DNA of 64,000 bases from Octopus bimaculoides (lineage: Eukaryota). Below are positions 37,479 to 49,030 of this stretch, piece after piece; within the stretch, counting starts at the first letter, position 1, and every line of letters starts with the position of its first letter. A program made the translations under genes and the position numbers. The stretch spans positions 190,613,522 through 190,677,521 of the forward strand of contig NC_068981.1 of NCBI RefSeq assembly GCF_001194135.2, read 5' to 3'. Under the pieces are notes generated by a model, which had not been told where the DNA came from, made no database searches, and saw nothing but the letters and a program-made list of their open reading frames with translations.

Positions 37479-37578
37479 GACAGACAGATAGATAGACAGA
37501 TAGATACATACATACATACATACATACATACATACATACATTCATACATACATACATGCATGCATACATACATACATC

Positions 37579-38187
37579 ATAGCTGCATTCTCGTTACACG
37601 AGAAAAGCCATTGCCAAAAAGACTTACTGAAATGATTCATTATTGATGCCATGTGATACCTTTATATGACTTTTAAGCCCAGCAAAACTTTTGCATATTT
37701 TATTACATACTGAACAACTGTGCTGGCTGGCAGGAGAAAAATGTGCCACTATATGCACTGTCTTAACATGTCTTTTCAGACCTCCAGCTAAGAGGCACAC
37801 CCTTCCACATTTTACACATGTTCTGTTGTGAATTTTAATAGCCACATCACTGTTTATCATGGGTCGATTCCTGTGAGATTGTTGACGGCTCACCAGGCCT
37901 GCACGACGCACACACTTCCTCCCACAAACCACACAAAAAGCAACACTCTCTTACTTTCCATAGGTTCCCCCCTTCTAAGCCCCCTCCTAATTCTCTCATA
38001 CTTCACTCTCTCCCTCTAAAACCTTGAACAGCCATCATGCACTATATTCCTCCATCCATCACAATGTTGTGTCTCCCTCTCCCAATTACCAGCTGCAATC
38101 CCTGTCTGTATGAGAGCATCTTAAGGTAATCCTTAAACCTTAGTTTAGGCGCATGTGTTGGTCTCCTGCCATCTTCCAGCTCACCAT
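37579..38187 (-). mobile_element. 5'-truncated RTE-clade LINE ending in three C2H2-type fingers, with an (ATGT)n tail at 37500-37578
   Basis: [39 protein letters not shown], then CVVC-x12-R-x3-H, CVKC-x12-H-x4-H and CSVC-x12-H-x4-H; frameshifts and a stop. Confidence 0.85.
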
Positions 38188-38235
38188 GTGTGTGTGTGTG
38201 CATGTATGTGTGTGTGTGTGTGTGTGTGTTTGTGT

Positions 38236-38276
<41 letters not shown>

Positions 38277-38299
38277 TTTGTGTCTGTATTTGTGTCTGT

Positions 38300-38460
38300 A
38301 CAATCAACTGGAATTGGAGTGTTAACGTTCCCTTAACTTAGCGGTTCAGCAAAAGTTACCAACAGAATACGTACCAGGGTTGATCTATACGACTAAAAAA
38401 TTCTTCAAGGCGGTGCCGCAGCATAGCCGCAGTGTAATGACTGAAGCATATAAAAGATAA
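38300..38460 (+). mobile_element. 3' half of a family B SINE
   Basis: taacttagcggttcagcaaaag...ggcggtgccgcagcatagccgcag. Confidence 0.75.
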
Positions 38461-39084
38461 ACGCTGCAAGTTCCACTCTATCCCTATACACAAGACGGAC
38501 TGCAAATTGAAAATGATGTGAATTGTCATCAGTGAATTAACTGAGTTTGTAGTATTCTATAAATTGTGTAAATTTCACACCAGTTCTGATATTGATTGAG
38601 AATTGAACAGTCCGGTGATCTGATCATACAATGGGGTTTAGTTATTTCAATGGCATCGATGCACTTTTTCAATGGAGAGTAAACTGTCATTTTGTACAAT
38701 CACTGAAGTTTCTTGAATCACAGTTGCTTTAGTTAAATAAGCATTTAAGAATGAATTACACTCTGTATAAATTAAGTTATTCTACGTAATTACCTCTATT
38801 AGTTGCAGAACTGAACTCGTCATGACCTCGCAGTGGAGGCTATCGTTGTGATAAATAACACACAGCATCGATGATTCACATCAAAGTTTCCATATTTTCC
38901 TTTACTTGCATATCGTTTCTGAATATTTCAGCCTTCGCTGACTGACGTTTAAGGCGTCGGGTCTTTCTCTCCTCTGGTCAGATATTTTGGGAATCTAGGA
39001 ATGTTTAAAGATGTGCCTGGGAACATTCGTGCTTTTCTACTGTTAAAGTTAAAGGAGTAAGTCCAGAGTAAGCCTGCTTTTAGG

Positions 39085-39370
39085 CAACGAGCCGGCAGAA
39101 TCGTTAATGTGTCGGACAAAATGCGTAGCGGCAGTTCTTCCGACTTTATACGTTCTAAATTCTCATCCCGTCGAGGTCAGCTTTGATTTTCATCCCTTTG
39201 GTAAAATAAAATACCAGCCAAATTTTGAAGTTGATGTAATTGACTTGTTCCCCTCTCCGTAAAATTGCAACAGTGTGGCATATCTTTCAGGGGATAATGC
39301 TGTGATCCCGGTCACTTATATGCTATGAGAACGGGGTTACTGACCCTTTTGCATGGCACATGTAATCTTA
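39085..39370 (+). mobile_element. Old family A SINE with an alternative 3' extension
   Basis: Family A head and core, then ctttcaggggataatgctgtgatcccggtcac, shared with 59375-59640. Confidence 0.55.
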
Positions 39371-39439
39371 TGTAATCTTGGGATTGTACTCTAATTACAA
39401 TCATTTTTATTAAAATATAATAAAAAGATCCGTACCCCT

Positions 39440-39531
<92 letters not shown>

Positions 39532-39751
39532 CTCTTTCTTTCTCTCTCCCTCTCGGTCTCTTTCTTCTCGTTTCTTATTCTCTCGCGCTTTCTCTCGGGG
39601 ATGGTTCGATGGAGCTTTGTGATTCGCAGAATTATTAACCAGCGAAAACCTCCTACACATACAATGTTTGCTAAATTACACTTTTAGTGTTTGCGGTCCT
39701 AATTTACAACGAACAATATCTCATAAACGCTTGTAGTTAGATTAAACTTAC

Positions 39752-39801
39752 CCACGCCTGACGGAAAGGCTTCCTCTTTTCGTTTTTGATGATATTTATT
39801 T
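39752..39801 (-). other. Candidate 50-nt exon
   Basis: Donor tgg|gtaagt; acceptor ttatctctctaccaag|; open frame (E)INIIKNEKRKPFRQAW. Confidence 0.2.
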
Positions 39802-40717
39802 CTTGGTAGAGAGATAACTTTCAGATTAAATGAAATTGTATGGAGCTTAAAACCTGCTACCCAAATAAAGATCACTTCACATGTATTTCGAGACGTGCTT
39901 TCGGCATTCCAACGTGACGAAGTTCAGTCGAGTGTCACAGTCGTCGTTTCTTTCTTCGAACAATTTAATACAATTTACAACTGTTCACTCCGACCTTCAC
40001 AAACCAATGCTTTAATTTTCACAGCTAATACACCGTGCTTCTATTACTTCAACATTATCAGTGAGAGCATAACTCACAAATCTGCAATCTCATTTGATCT
40101 CTTGACATGGAAAACGTGCCTTGCACGAATTGTGACAAAGAAATTGAAGAAATGATTTATTTAATCGATATTTGAGAACGAAAACGTGAATTTTTTTTCT
40201 TCTTCCTCGTTGCATTACTTGGAATATATTAAAATATTGAGTGATGTTTCTTTTATTATTATACACTTAAAAATATATTGATTAAAATGAAATGAAGGCT
40301 TCTGTGATTTATCATTCGTAAAACAGTAAACAGAAATGAAATGTTCGGGAGTCTTATGCAATATCAGATGAAGAACCTTAATCACGCTCACACACACACA
40401 CCCACACGCACATTTCTATTATACAGGACTACCATCAACCTCTTGCATAATCTGTGCAATGCTTTAATAGTTTTATAATCGACAACGTATTGAATATTAA
40501 AGAATTTTTTAAAAATTAAATATGCCACCCGTCTTATACTTGAATGCAGATAAATATATGCCTGGTACACACACGCACGCACATAGATATAATACATATA
40601 CATAAGTACTCTTACATGGTCTCTTCTATTTTTAATTATTTGAAGTCTTCCTGTCAGGAAGATGATTTTTTAACAAAGATACATGGCTATGTATGTATGT
40701 ATGTATGTAGTTGTTTG

Positions 40718-41609
40718 CGTGGTCTGATCAATAAGTATCCGACTTGCTACTATAGTAATGACGCTAAAGCACATAGAGTGGAGCTGCTTGGCACAGATTG
40801 ATCTTGAACTCTGTTGCGCTAACGCACTAAGTTTTAACGTTCTAGCTCACATTTGCTGTTTACAACAGTGCTTGGAAGGAACGTATGTAGCGTGTGTTCG
40901 TCGCATTGACAATGACAGAGAAAGTTGAGCAGAGAATCTGCATCAAAATTTGCCAAAAGCTCGGCGATGTCTGCTCAAAAACCTACGCAATGATTTCAAA
41001 AAGTTTTCATCGTTGTTGATATAATCAAGGAGATCTTGTGCAACTGAAACCCGAGTGTCCTTCTGGTCAGCTGAGAGAGGTTTTGGCGCAAACTTGGCAG
41101 AAAAGCGTTTCATACCCAAATCTGCAGTGATAATGGACTGAACTGACCCGTAACTAATCTGCACATCTGATAACTCAGGGATGGTGATAAAACGATTTCC
41201 CCTCACAGCTGCACGCACATATGCGATGTTTTTATCAATTCTGCTGATTGCGGGTCTTCCAGAATGTTTCGTCAATATCGACATTTTTTCGGCCATCCTG
41301 GAAACGTCTGAACCACTCGTACACTTTTGTGCGGCTCATACGCTCCTCTCCATACACTTTCTGCAATTTTGCGTATGCCTCTGAGCAGGTATCGCCATGA
41401 CTGCTTTCTTCGTCATGGTAAATGCGACGATCACATTCTACACACGTTCCTTCCAAGCACTGCTGTAAACAGCAGAAGTGAGCTACAAATTAAAACTTAG
41501 AGCGCATGCCCAGCAGAGCTCAAGGTCAATCTCTGCCTAGTGGCTTCACTCTACGTGCTTTAGCTTCGTTCTTATGGCTACCGTCCGGATACTTATTGAT
41601 CATACCGCG
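40718..41609 (-). mobile_element. Second copy of the two-left-ends mariner derivative, opposite orientation
   Basis: TIRs cgtggtctgatcaataagtatcc / ggatacttattgatcataccgcg; ORFs 40943-41456 encode the HTH region to DYINNDENFLK; same junction as 32015-33227. Confidence 0.9.
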
Positions 41610-41856
41610 TATATATGTATGTAATGATGGATGGATGGATGGATGGATGGATGGATGGGTATTAGAGGGCTTACGAAATTTGCTTCCAACAAAAGGGTTC
41701 TGAGTTCGTTCCCACCACGTGGAGAATGTCAGATTTTCCATCGCCTCGAGTCGATCCATGTCATGTGAGTGAAACTGAGTGGACAGCAACTATGGAAACC
41801 CATTTGGGCACATTTTTATCTCTAATACAAAAAATACAGCGTGTCACATGCTCTGC

Positions 41857-41902
<46 letters not shown>

Positions 41903-41954
41903 ATACGTGTGCACATACATACATCTATATATACATACATACCGGCTTGAATAA

Positions 41955-41991
<37 letters not shown>

Positions 41992-42017
41992 GATCTCTAG
42001 TGAGTCTTTTTATTGAT

Positions 42018-42057
42018 GTACCTGAAGAGACCCAGAACGGGTCGAAACGTGTTATAC
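42018..42057 (+). ncRNA. Minimal type I hammerhead-ribozyme-like motif (Penelope-type)
   Basis: gtac CTGAAGA gaccc-agaac-gggtc GAAA c-gt-GTT atac; AATAAA follows. Confidence 0.6.
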
Positions 42058-42370
42058 CTAATAAAGTCTATTACACATTCCATCTCCTATCTTATTAATA
42101 CTGTTNNNNNNNNNNNNNNNNNNNNNNNNNNNNNNNNNNNNNNNNNNNNNNNNNNNNNNNNNNNNNNNNNNNNNNNNNNNNNNNNNNNNNNNNNNNNNNN
42201 NNNNNNNNNNNNNNNNNNNNNNNNNNNNNNNNNNNNNNNNNNNNNNNNNNNNNNNNNNNNNNNNNNNNNNNNNNNNNNNNNNNNNNNNNNNNNNNNNNNN
42301 NNNNNNNNNNNNNNNNNNNNNNNNNNNNNNNNNNNNNNNNNNNNNNNNNNNNNNNNNNTATATATATATA

Positions 42371-42543
42371 TATTTGAAAACATAAATAGAAATTAGAAAT
42401 GGCTTTTGCGGTAACTTTCCCACTTTAATAATTAGATGTTTAAAAAGGTAAACACCTAACAACTTATAAGCATCTAATAAGTATCGGATTTATTAAAGTG
42501 GAAAAATTATGAGAAAAGCCATTTCTGTTCATGTTTTCAAATA
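42371..42543. mobile_element. Foldback/MITE of about 170 bp in a (TA)n context
   Basis: tatttgaaaacat..agaaatggctttt..ttccactttaataa is mirrored by ttattaaagtggaa..aaaagccatttct..atgttttcaaata. Confidence 0.7.
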
Positions 42544-43062
42544 TGTAATACTGTACCAAGGACTTTCTATTTCTTAGATAGATAGATAGACAGACAGACA
42601 GGCAGACAGACAGGCATAGATAAATACCGATTAATTGCATAACTTTTTCTTGGTACCAGATCTATGTAAAGCCGATCTGTTAATAGGAAATGGAAATTAC
42701 GTCAATTTCTATTTATTGTTAAGATTTGTTTCGAGTTTCGAGTTTTTAAAAATTTGACGAAATATAGCTTAGAATTAAATATTTATTCGATTCGATATGA
42801 ATAGATTGATTCTGGAAGCTTCCGTTGTCATGTTGAGTTAAAATGATGGCGATCAATACTTCATGTTTGCAAACAACTGATGTCAAAAGAATCAAACATA
42901 TCGGAGCTGAATCTTATGTATTCTTATTGTATTTTAAATTGTACAATACAGTTCTGCAGTAAATGAATCTTACTTGTAGATGAAATTTATTTAAGGAAAA
43001 AAAAAGGACAAAATGTAATCTTTGAATCCAGCAATGAATGGACGATATATCTTTTTTAATTA

Positions 43063-43249
43063 CCCAATTTACTCGTATATAAGTCGAACTATTTTAAACT
43101 TGGTTTTTAGCTGGAAAACCTGGAATGAGACTTATAACGCATGAGGTGAAGCTAAAACTGTGAAGGGAAAACTATTTGTACCAAAATTTAACACAGAATT
43201 AGGAGTGCGTCTTATACTCGAGTGCGATTTATACACGAGTAAATACGGT
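43063..43249. mobile_element. Tc2/pogo-like MITE
   Basis: ta|cccaatttactcgtatataagtcg versus cgatttatacacgagtaaatacgg|t. Confidence 0.65.
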
Positions 43250-43251
43250 TA

Positions 43252-43512
43252 AGGGGAGGCGCGTGGCTTAGTGGTTAGGGTGTCAGCATCATGATTGTAA
43301 GATTGTGGTTTCGATTCCTGGACCGGGCGACGCGTTGTGTTCTTGAGCAAAACACTTCATTTCACGTTGCTCCAGTCCACTCAGCTGGCAAAAATGAGAA
43401 ACGCTGCGATGGACTGGCGTCCCGTCCAGCTGGGGGACACATACGCCATAGAAACCGGGAAACCGGGCCCATGAGCTTGGTTAGGCTTTAAAAGGACGCA
43501 TTTATTTTATTT
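43252..43512 (+). mobile_element. Full-length SINE, Y head + P tail, 12-bp TSD
   Basis: TSD taaatacggtta at 43240-43251 and 43513-43524. Confidence 0.92.
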
Positions 43513-44195
43513 TAAATACGGTTATATTTATATTATCCTGTGATTGGTTCATTAAAATTGTCCTTGATCAGTACGAATCCTAGTTGTTATCATTGATTAG
43601 TTTAAAATGTGGGCAAGTTAATGTCCCGACATAAAAATCTGGTTACGTTTGGGCAATTGAAGACTGACAAAGTTAATCGGAAAACTTCACGATATGAGTC
43701 AGGCGATTGTCATACCTTTACGCGTCGCTTAAAAAAGTGCTTGAACTGGCTGGAACATAGATAAATTATATGTACGCAAAACAGTTTTATTCTTCCTTTA
43801 CTGCAAAATTTTGCAGGCACAAAAAAAGCGAATATTTAAGAAGATCGCTTCGTAACTACGCGGTCTAGCTTTCGATCTCACTAAATGTCATTTTAAACAA
43901 TTCTCATTTTCTAAAGTCACAACTCGATTCAAACGATGAGGGCGGAATTGAGTTGACAGAAACTGCATAGAAGCCTGTCGGGTGGATTGTACCCCTATAA
44001 TTAAAAGCTACACCCTTGTCACACACTTGTCACGCTCATTCTGCTTGAGAACTATATTGGTGTTAGGTGGAAGCTTTCAAAAGTTAATTCAGGGTCAGGT
44101 AATTCAGTTTATCGACCAACTGGATCCTCGTCATCAAACGTTGGAGATCTACATCCACCAATTTATATTCCATTCATGTGTTACATAACCACTTA

Positions 44196-44230
<35 letters not shown>

Positions 44231-44754
44231 ACTGCATATTGAAATCTCGTTCCTTATCGCCCACTGGGCGAACTTGTTTCTTGGAACGCTCAAAATAATT
44301 GCATAATTTCAATCACTGAGGCTATACAGTTAAGTGGAATCGACGAGATATATATTAAATACATTCCGATAAAAAGAAAAAAACGCATATGTGTATGTAA
44401 ATATACATACAAGTATGTAGATATAGTTATACCACATCCTGGACCGCTTTTGTGGAATCTTAGCATAGTAGAATGTATCATATATTATTAAATTATTGCA
44501 AGACAGCAGAGAAATAACCCTGAGAGTTTGAGGGGAAAAGATTGGAAATTACAGTGAAACAGATATAAGAGAATGTGAGATAGAGAGAGAAACTGAGAGA
44601 TCGTTTTCACGTGGTGAGATGGAATATATTTACTTTGCTAGCATTTAAATCAAACTTGTGTCTCAAATTTATACAGGTATATCGTGAAATTGTCCGGCTT
44701 CGGAATATTTTTATAGCTAAATTTTCACATTTGCAAACAAGAAATTAAATTGAC

Positions 44755-45083
44755 GCAGACGTGACTGTGTGTAAGAAGTTTGCTTCTAAACCACATTGTT
44801 TCGGTTTCATGCCCAGTGCGTGATACCTTAGGCAAATGTCTTCTATAGCCTCAGGCCAACCAATGTCTTGTGAGTGGATTTTGAAAATGGAAACTGAAAG
44901 AAGCCCTGTTCTATAATATTGAGATAAGAGATTCTATACATTATTTACATTATTTACATTGGACGGATATGTTCGTTGTAACCATAAGGTTTCAGCTGAT
45001 TTACTCTCCAGCCTTCATTAGGTGTCCTGGTAGAATTTTGAACCCAACTCAGGGTTCTCATTCCTAAGGTATTTTTGCTGATG

Positions 45084-45138
<55 letters not shown>

Positions 45139-45455
45139 TATTTATTCAAGGCAATACCTGAGGTTGAACTCGGAATCTTGGGGTTAGTAGCCCGCGCTCT
45201 TAACCATTACGCTATATGCCCGCCGTGTGTGTGTGTGTGTGTGTGTTTATGTCTGCGTTTGCCCCCACCACCACTTGACAACCGCTATTGGTGTATTTAT
45301 GTCCCTGTTACTTAGCAGTTCGGCAATAGAATCTGCTAGACTAAGCATCAGGCATGAAAATAAGCAATGAGGTCACTTCATTCGATAAAAATTCTTGAAG
45401 GCTCTGCCCCAGCATGGCCGCAGTCTAATAACTGAAACAAGTAAAAGATAAAAGA
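44755..45455 (+). mobile_element. Family B SINE split by a nested SINE
   Basis: Head 44755-44910, 3' body 45225-45455. Confidence 0.8.
44930..45221 (-). mobile_element. tRNA-Ser-like SINE with internal (TAA)n, a hammerhead-like motif and an (aatgtaaat)n tail
   Basis: Reverse complement gggcatatagcgtaatggttaagagcgcgggctactaaccccaagattccgagttcaacc (A and B boxes); ctaatga-a-ggctg..cagct-gaaac at 44989-45021. Confidence 0.75.
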
Positions 45456-45549
45456 ATCTACTCAACGGGCTTCTATATAGTTTCCATCAGCTTCTTAGAC
45501 ATATAGCTCGCCTGCACTTATTCTAGTAATTCATTAGTCCTATAAACCA

Positions 45550-45666
45550 AAGGCGGCGAGCTGGCAGAAACGTTAGCACACCGGGCGAAATGCTTAGCGG
45601 TATTTCGTCTGCCGCTACGTTCTATGTTTAAATTCCGCCGAGGTCGACTTTACCTTTCATCCTTTC
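45550..45666 (+). mobile_element. Family A SINE truncated in its core by (TA)n and a palindrome
   Basis: Near-consensus up to tttcatcctttc. Confidence 0.88.
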
Positions 45667-45675
45667 TATATATAT

Positions 45676-45784
45676 ATATGAGATTAAATAAATGGAGTTA
45701 TACGCATGTATTAAATCATTTAATACATGCATGTATTAAATCATTTAATACATGCGTATAACTCCCATCTATTTAATCTCATAT
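45676..45784. repeat. 109-bp nested palindrome (outer stem plus two internal hairpins)
   Basis: Outer arms 45676-45703 and 45756-45784; two 27-nt palindromes at 45704-45730 and 45729-45755. Confidence 0.92.
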
Positions 45785-46130
45785 TTATTCAAAATACCTC
45801 AAATTAACAGGGAGTTTCTACCTCATAAACAGGAGTTACACCAAAGTTATTTTGTGGACTTTGCTACCCTGGTAACTATTAACCAATTTATTTTGTCAGA
45901 GTTAATTATTAACTAAGAGAAAATAAATACATATAATTATATATATATATACATATATNNNNNNNNNNNNNNNNNNNNNNNNNNNNNNNNNNNNNNNNNN
46001 NNNNNNNNNNNNNNNNNNNNNNNNNNNNNNNNNNNNNNNNNNNNNNNNNNNNNNNNNNNNNNNNNNNNNNNNNNNNNNNNNNNNNNNNNNNNNNNNNNNN
46101 NNNNNNNNNNNNNNNNNNNNNNNNNNNNNN

Positions 46131-46902
46131 NCAAATTCCGTAATCCCAGCTTTCATTAATAGTGATGACCTTCGAAAAAAAAGGTCCGGATCAACTTCCG
46201 ACTGTTCTTTCAGTTCACGACACGCATTCATCAGTGACTGCGTTTGACCTTCTGTGAAGCAAGCGAGCCACAAACTTTGCTGCCACTTTTCGCTCGTCGT
46301 CCCTCGCTCAAAATCCGTTGGCACGAGCCCCAGGACACAACAGTCATATCAACAAGTTCTGCAATTGTTCGGTGACGGCCCTCCAAGATCAGTTCATGAA
46401 TTTTCATGATGTTTTCATTGGTTCGGGAGGTCGACGGTCGTCCTGAACGAGGTTGGTCTTCAAGCGACAAGTAACCATTCCTAAAATTTGGAAACCACTC
46501 GTAAACTTGTATTTTGCTTATGGCAGTGTCCTTGTAAGCTGTTTGAAGCATGACAACTGTTTCGGCTGCCGTTTTCTTCAGCAGAAAACAGAATTTCGCG
46601 GAAGCTCGCTGTTCCTTCATTTCAACCATCGCAAAAATCGATGAACACGGGAGAAGTATTTTTCGAGTGCATTCAACGTATCTCACATCCAAAGATTTGG
46701 CTGCTATTTCTAGCACACCCTGCTACCACATAAGAGAAGCAAGGGAAAGACGCACTACGTAAAAGTACGACTCCAAATAAAGATGCCGGTCGGCAGACTG
46801 ATGCCTGAGGGTTGCATTAAGTGGCTTCTAGCAGCGGGAATCTGAACTACAATGGGCTTGACCCACAGAGAACGTTTACGGTTACTTTTGGGTCCTCCCT
46901 CG
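46131..46902 (-). mobile_element. Mariner transposon 5' part, running into a gap
   Basis: TIR ta|cgagggaggacccaaaagtaaccg; EQRASAKFCFLLKKTAAET...QVYEWF...PRSGRPSTS; VITINESW. Confidence 0.88.
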
Positions 46903-46969
46903 TATACGTGTGTGTGTGTATGTGTATGCGTGCGTATACGTGCGAATACGTGCGCATGTGTGTGTGTGT

Positions 46970-47175
46970 TTGTGTGTGTGTCCTTGTCCACCCCCAACGT
47001 TTGACGACTGGTGTTGGTGTGTTTACGTCCCCGCAACTTATAGGTGCGACTGAAGGAAGCTGACAGAATAAATACTAAGCTTAAAAAAGAAATAAATAAG
47101 CACTAGAGCCGATTCGCTCGACTAAAACCCTTCAAGATTGTGCCCCAGCACGGCCGCAATCTAATTCCTGAAATA
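46970..47175 (+). mobile_element. 3' half of a family B SINE
   Basis: ggtgtgtttacgtcccc...ccccagcacggccgca. Confidence 0.7.
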
Positions 47176-47407
47176 AAGATACAAACATGACCACATAAAA
47201 ACTGGAAGAGGAGGAGGTCGTTCGAGGCGTGTGTGGCAAACGGGACAACTGTGAGAGATGATTTGAGGTGTGAAGAAAGGAGATTCTAATTTACAAATAC
47301 GGATTCCATTCGTAGATCATTGCCGAAGGAGTATAGCTAACTAAATCAATACAGATACATAAATGGTACTTCTCACTTTACTGCACAAACAACCAACCGT
47401 AGATACT

Positions 47408-47792
47408 CATTTACTTGTTTCAGTCATTTGACTGCGGCCATGCTGGAGCACCGCCTTTGGTCGAGCAAATCGACCCCAGGCCTTATTCTTTGTAAGCCTA
47501 ATACTTATTCTATCAGTCTCTTTTGCTGAACTGCTAAGTTACGGGGACGTAAACACACCAGCATCGGTTGTCAAGCAATGCTAGGGGGACAAACACAGAC
47601 ACACACACACACATATATATATATACATATATATGACGGGCTTCTTTCAGTTTCCGTCTACCAAATCCACTCACAAGGCTTTGGTCGGCCCGAGGCTATA
47701 GTAGAAGACACTTGCCCAAGATGCCACGTAGTGGGACTGAACCCGGAACCATGTGGTTGGTAAGCAAGCTATTTACCACACAGCCACTCCTA
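47408..47792 (-). mobile_element. Full-length, near-consensus family B SINE
   Basis: Complete head, CORE-like segment, (TA/CA)n middle and 3' body. Confidence 0.93.
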
Positions 47793-48494
47793 TTTAAAAT
47801 ATGGGAGTGTAGCCAACTGATATATATATCCAGTGTTCTTTCTATTGGTACACTCAACCATAAATCTTTAAGAAAGTATAGCCGAGTCAACACGGCTACA
47901 TACCTAATACTCTTTCTATGGTACAAAAACTCATAAATCTCTAAGGAAGGAATGTAACCAATGTGTCAGCACTGGTACATTTCTAGTACTCTTTCTAATG
48001 GTAATGACGGAGTATAGCTAATCGAATCAGCGCTGATACATTTCTAGTATTCTATGGATCTTTTCAAAGTCTTAAGACAAATAGGAAGAAAGAAGGAGGT
48101 TCTCATGAAATCAGGACCCCATTTGAATAATTGTAAAAGACTGGATTCCTTTAAATGTACTAAGGACCAGGTTGTGTTATAAAACCAAGTTACAGATACG
48201 GTTTATGTCTGCCGCCCAAGAACGGGAATGGTTCCTCTAATAAGCTTCCATACAGTTTCTGTCAACACAATTTCACTCACAAGGCTGTAGTCGAAGCAAT
48301 ATTGAAAAGACTTCCTAAGATATCCTGTAGTGAGGTATACTACGATATCACGTGGCAACGAAGCGAGCATATGCTCATGTCTGGGCATAACTACATAATT
48401 GTACCCCACTTCATCCCAACTTCATCTCCACGAAAGTAATTTTTGTTTCAACATAATTGTAATCTACACCAGCTGAAAGGTATTTATCATTTGT

Positions 48495-48690
48495 CTTTTA
48501 CTTATTTCAGTCATTAGATGCGGCCATGCTGGGGCACCACCTTGAAGGGTTTTAGTCGAATGAATTGACCCCAGTAATTATTTTTTAACTCTGGTACTTA
48601 TTTTACTGGTCACTTTTGCAGGGTCCTAAACACACCAACAGCGGTTGTCAAGTGGTTGGGTGGGGGAACAAAGATACACACACACACACA

Positions 48691-48728
<38 letters not shown>

Positions 48729-49030
48729 GCGTATACGACGGGCTTCTTTCAGTTTCTGTCTACCAAATCCACTCACAAGGCTTTGGTCGGCCCGAGGCTA
48801 TAGTAGAAGACGTTTGCCCAAGTTTACACGCAGTAGGACTGAACCTGGATCCATGTGACTGGGAAGCAAACCTTTTGCTACACAGCCACACCTGTGCCTG
48901 TGCCTATTTACTCTTTTACTTGTTTCAGTCATTTGACTGTGGCCATGCAGGAGCACCGCTAGGAAAACGTAAAGACAGACGAAGTACCGTTAAGCATTTC
49001 GCTCGACGTGCTAACGTTTCTGCCAGCTCG
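48495..49030 (-). mobile_element. Family B SINE plus fused B and A fragments
   Basis: 48495-48900 is family B; 48910-49030 is a B tail joined to an A head. Confidence 0.8.

Noticed and set aside
37624-37932. Host C2H2 zinc-finger gene
   Set aside because: No TGEKP linkers, contiguous with the RTE C-terminal motif, frameshifted and followed by a retroposon tail.
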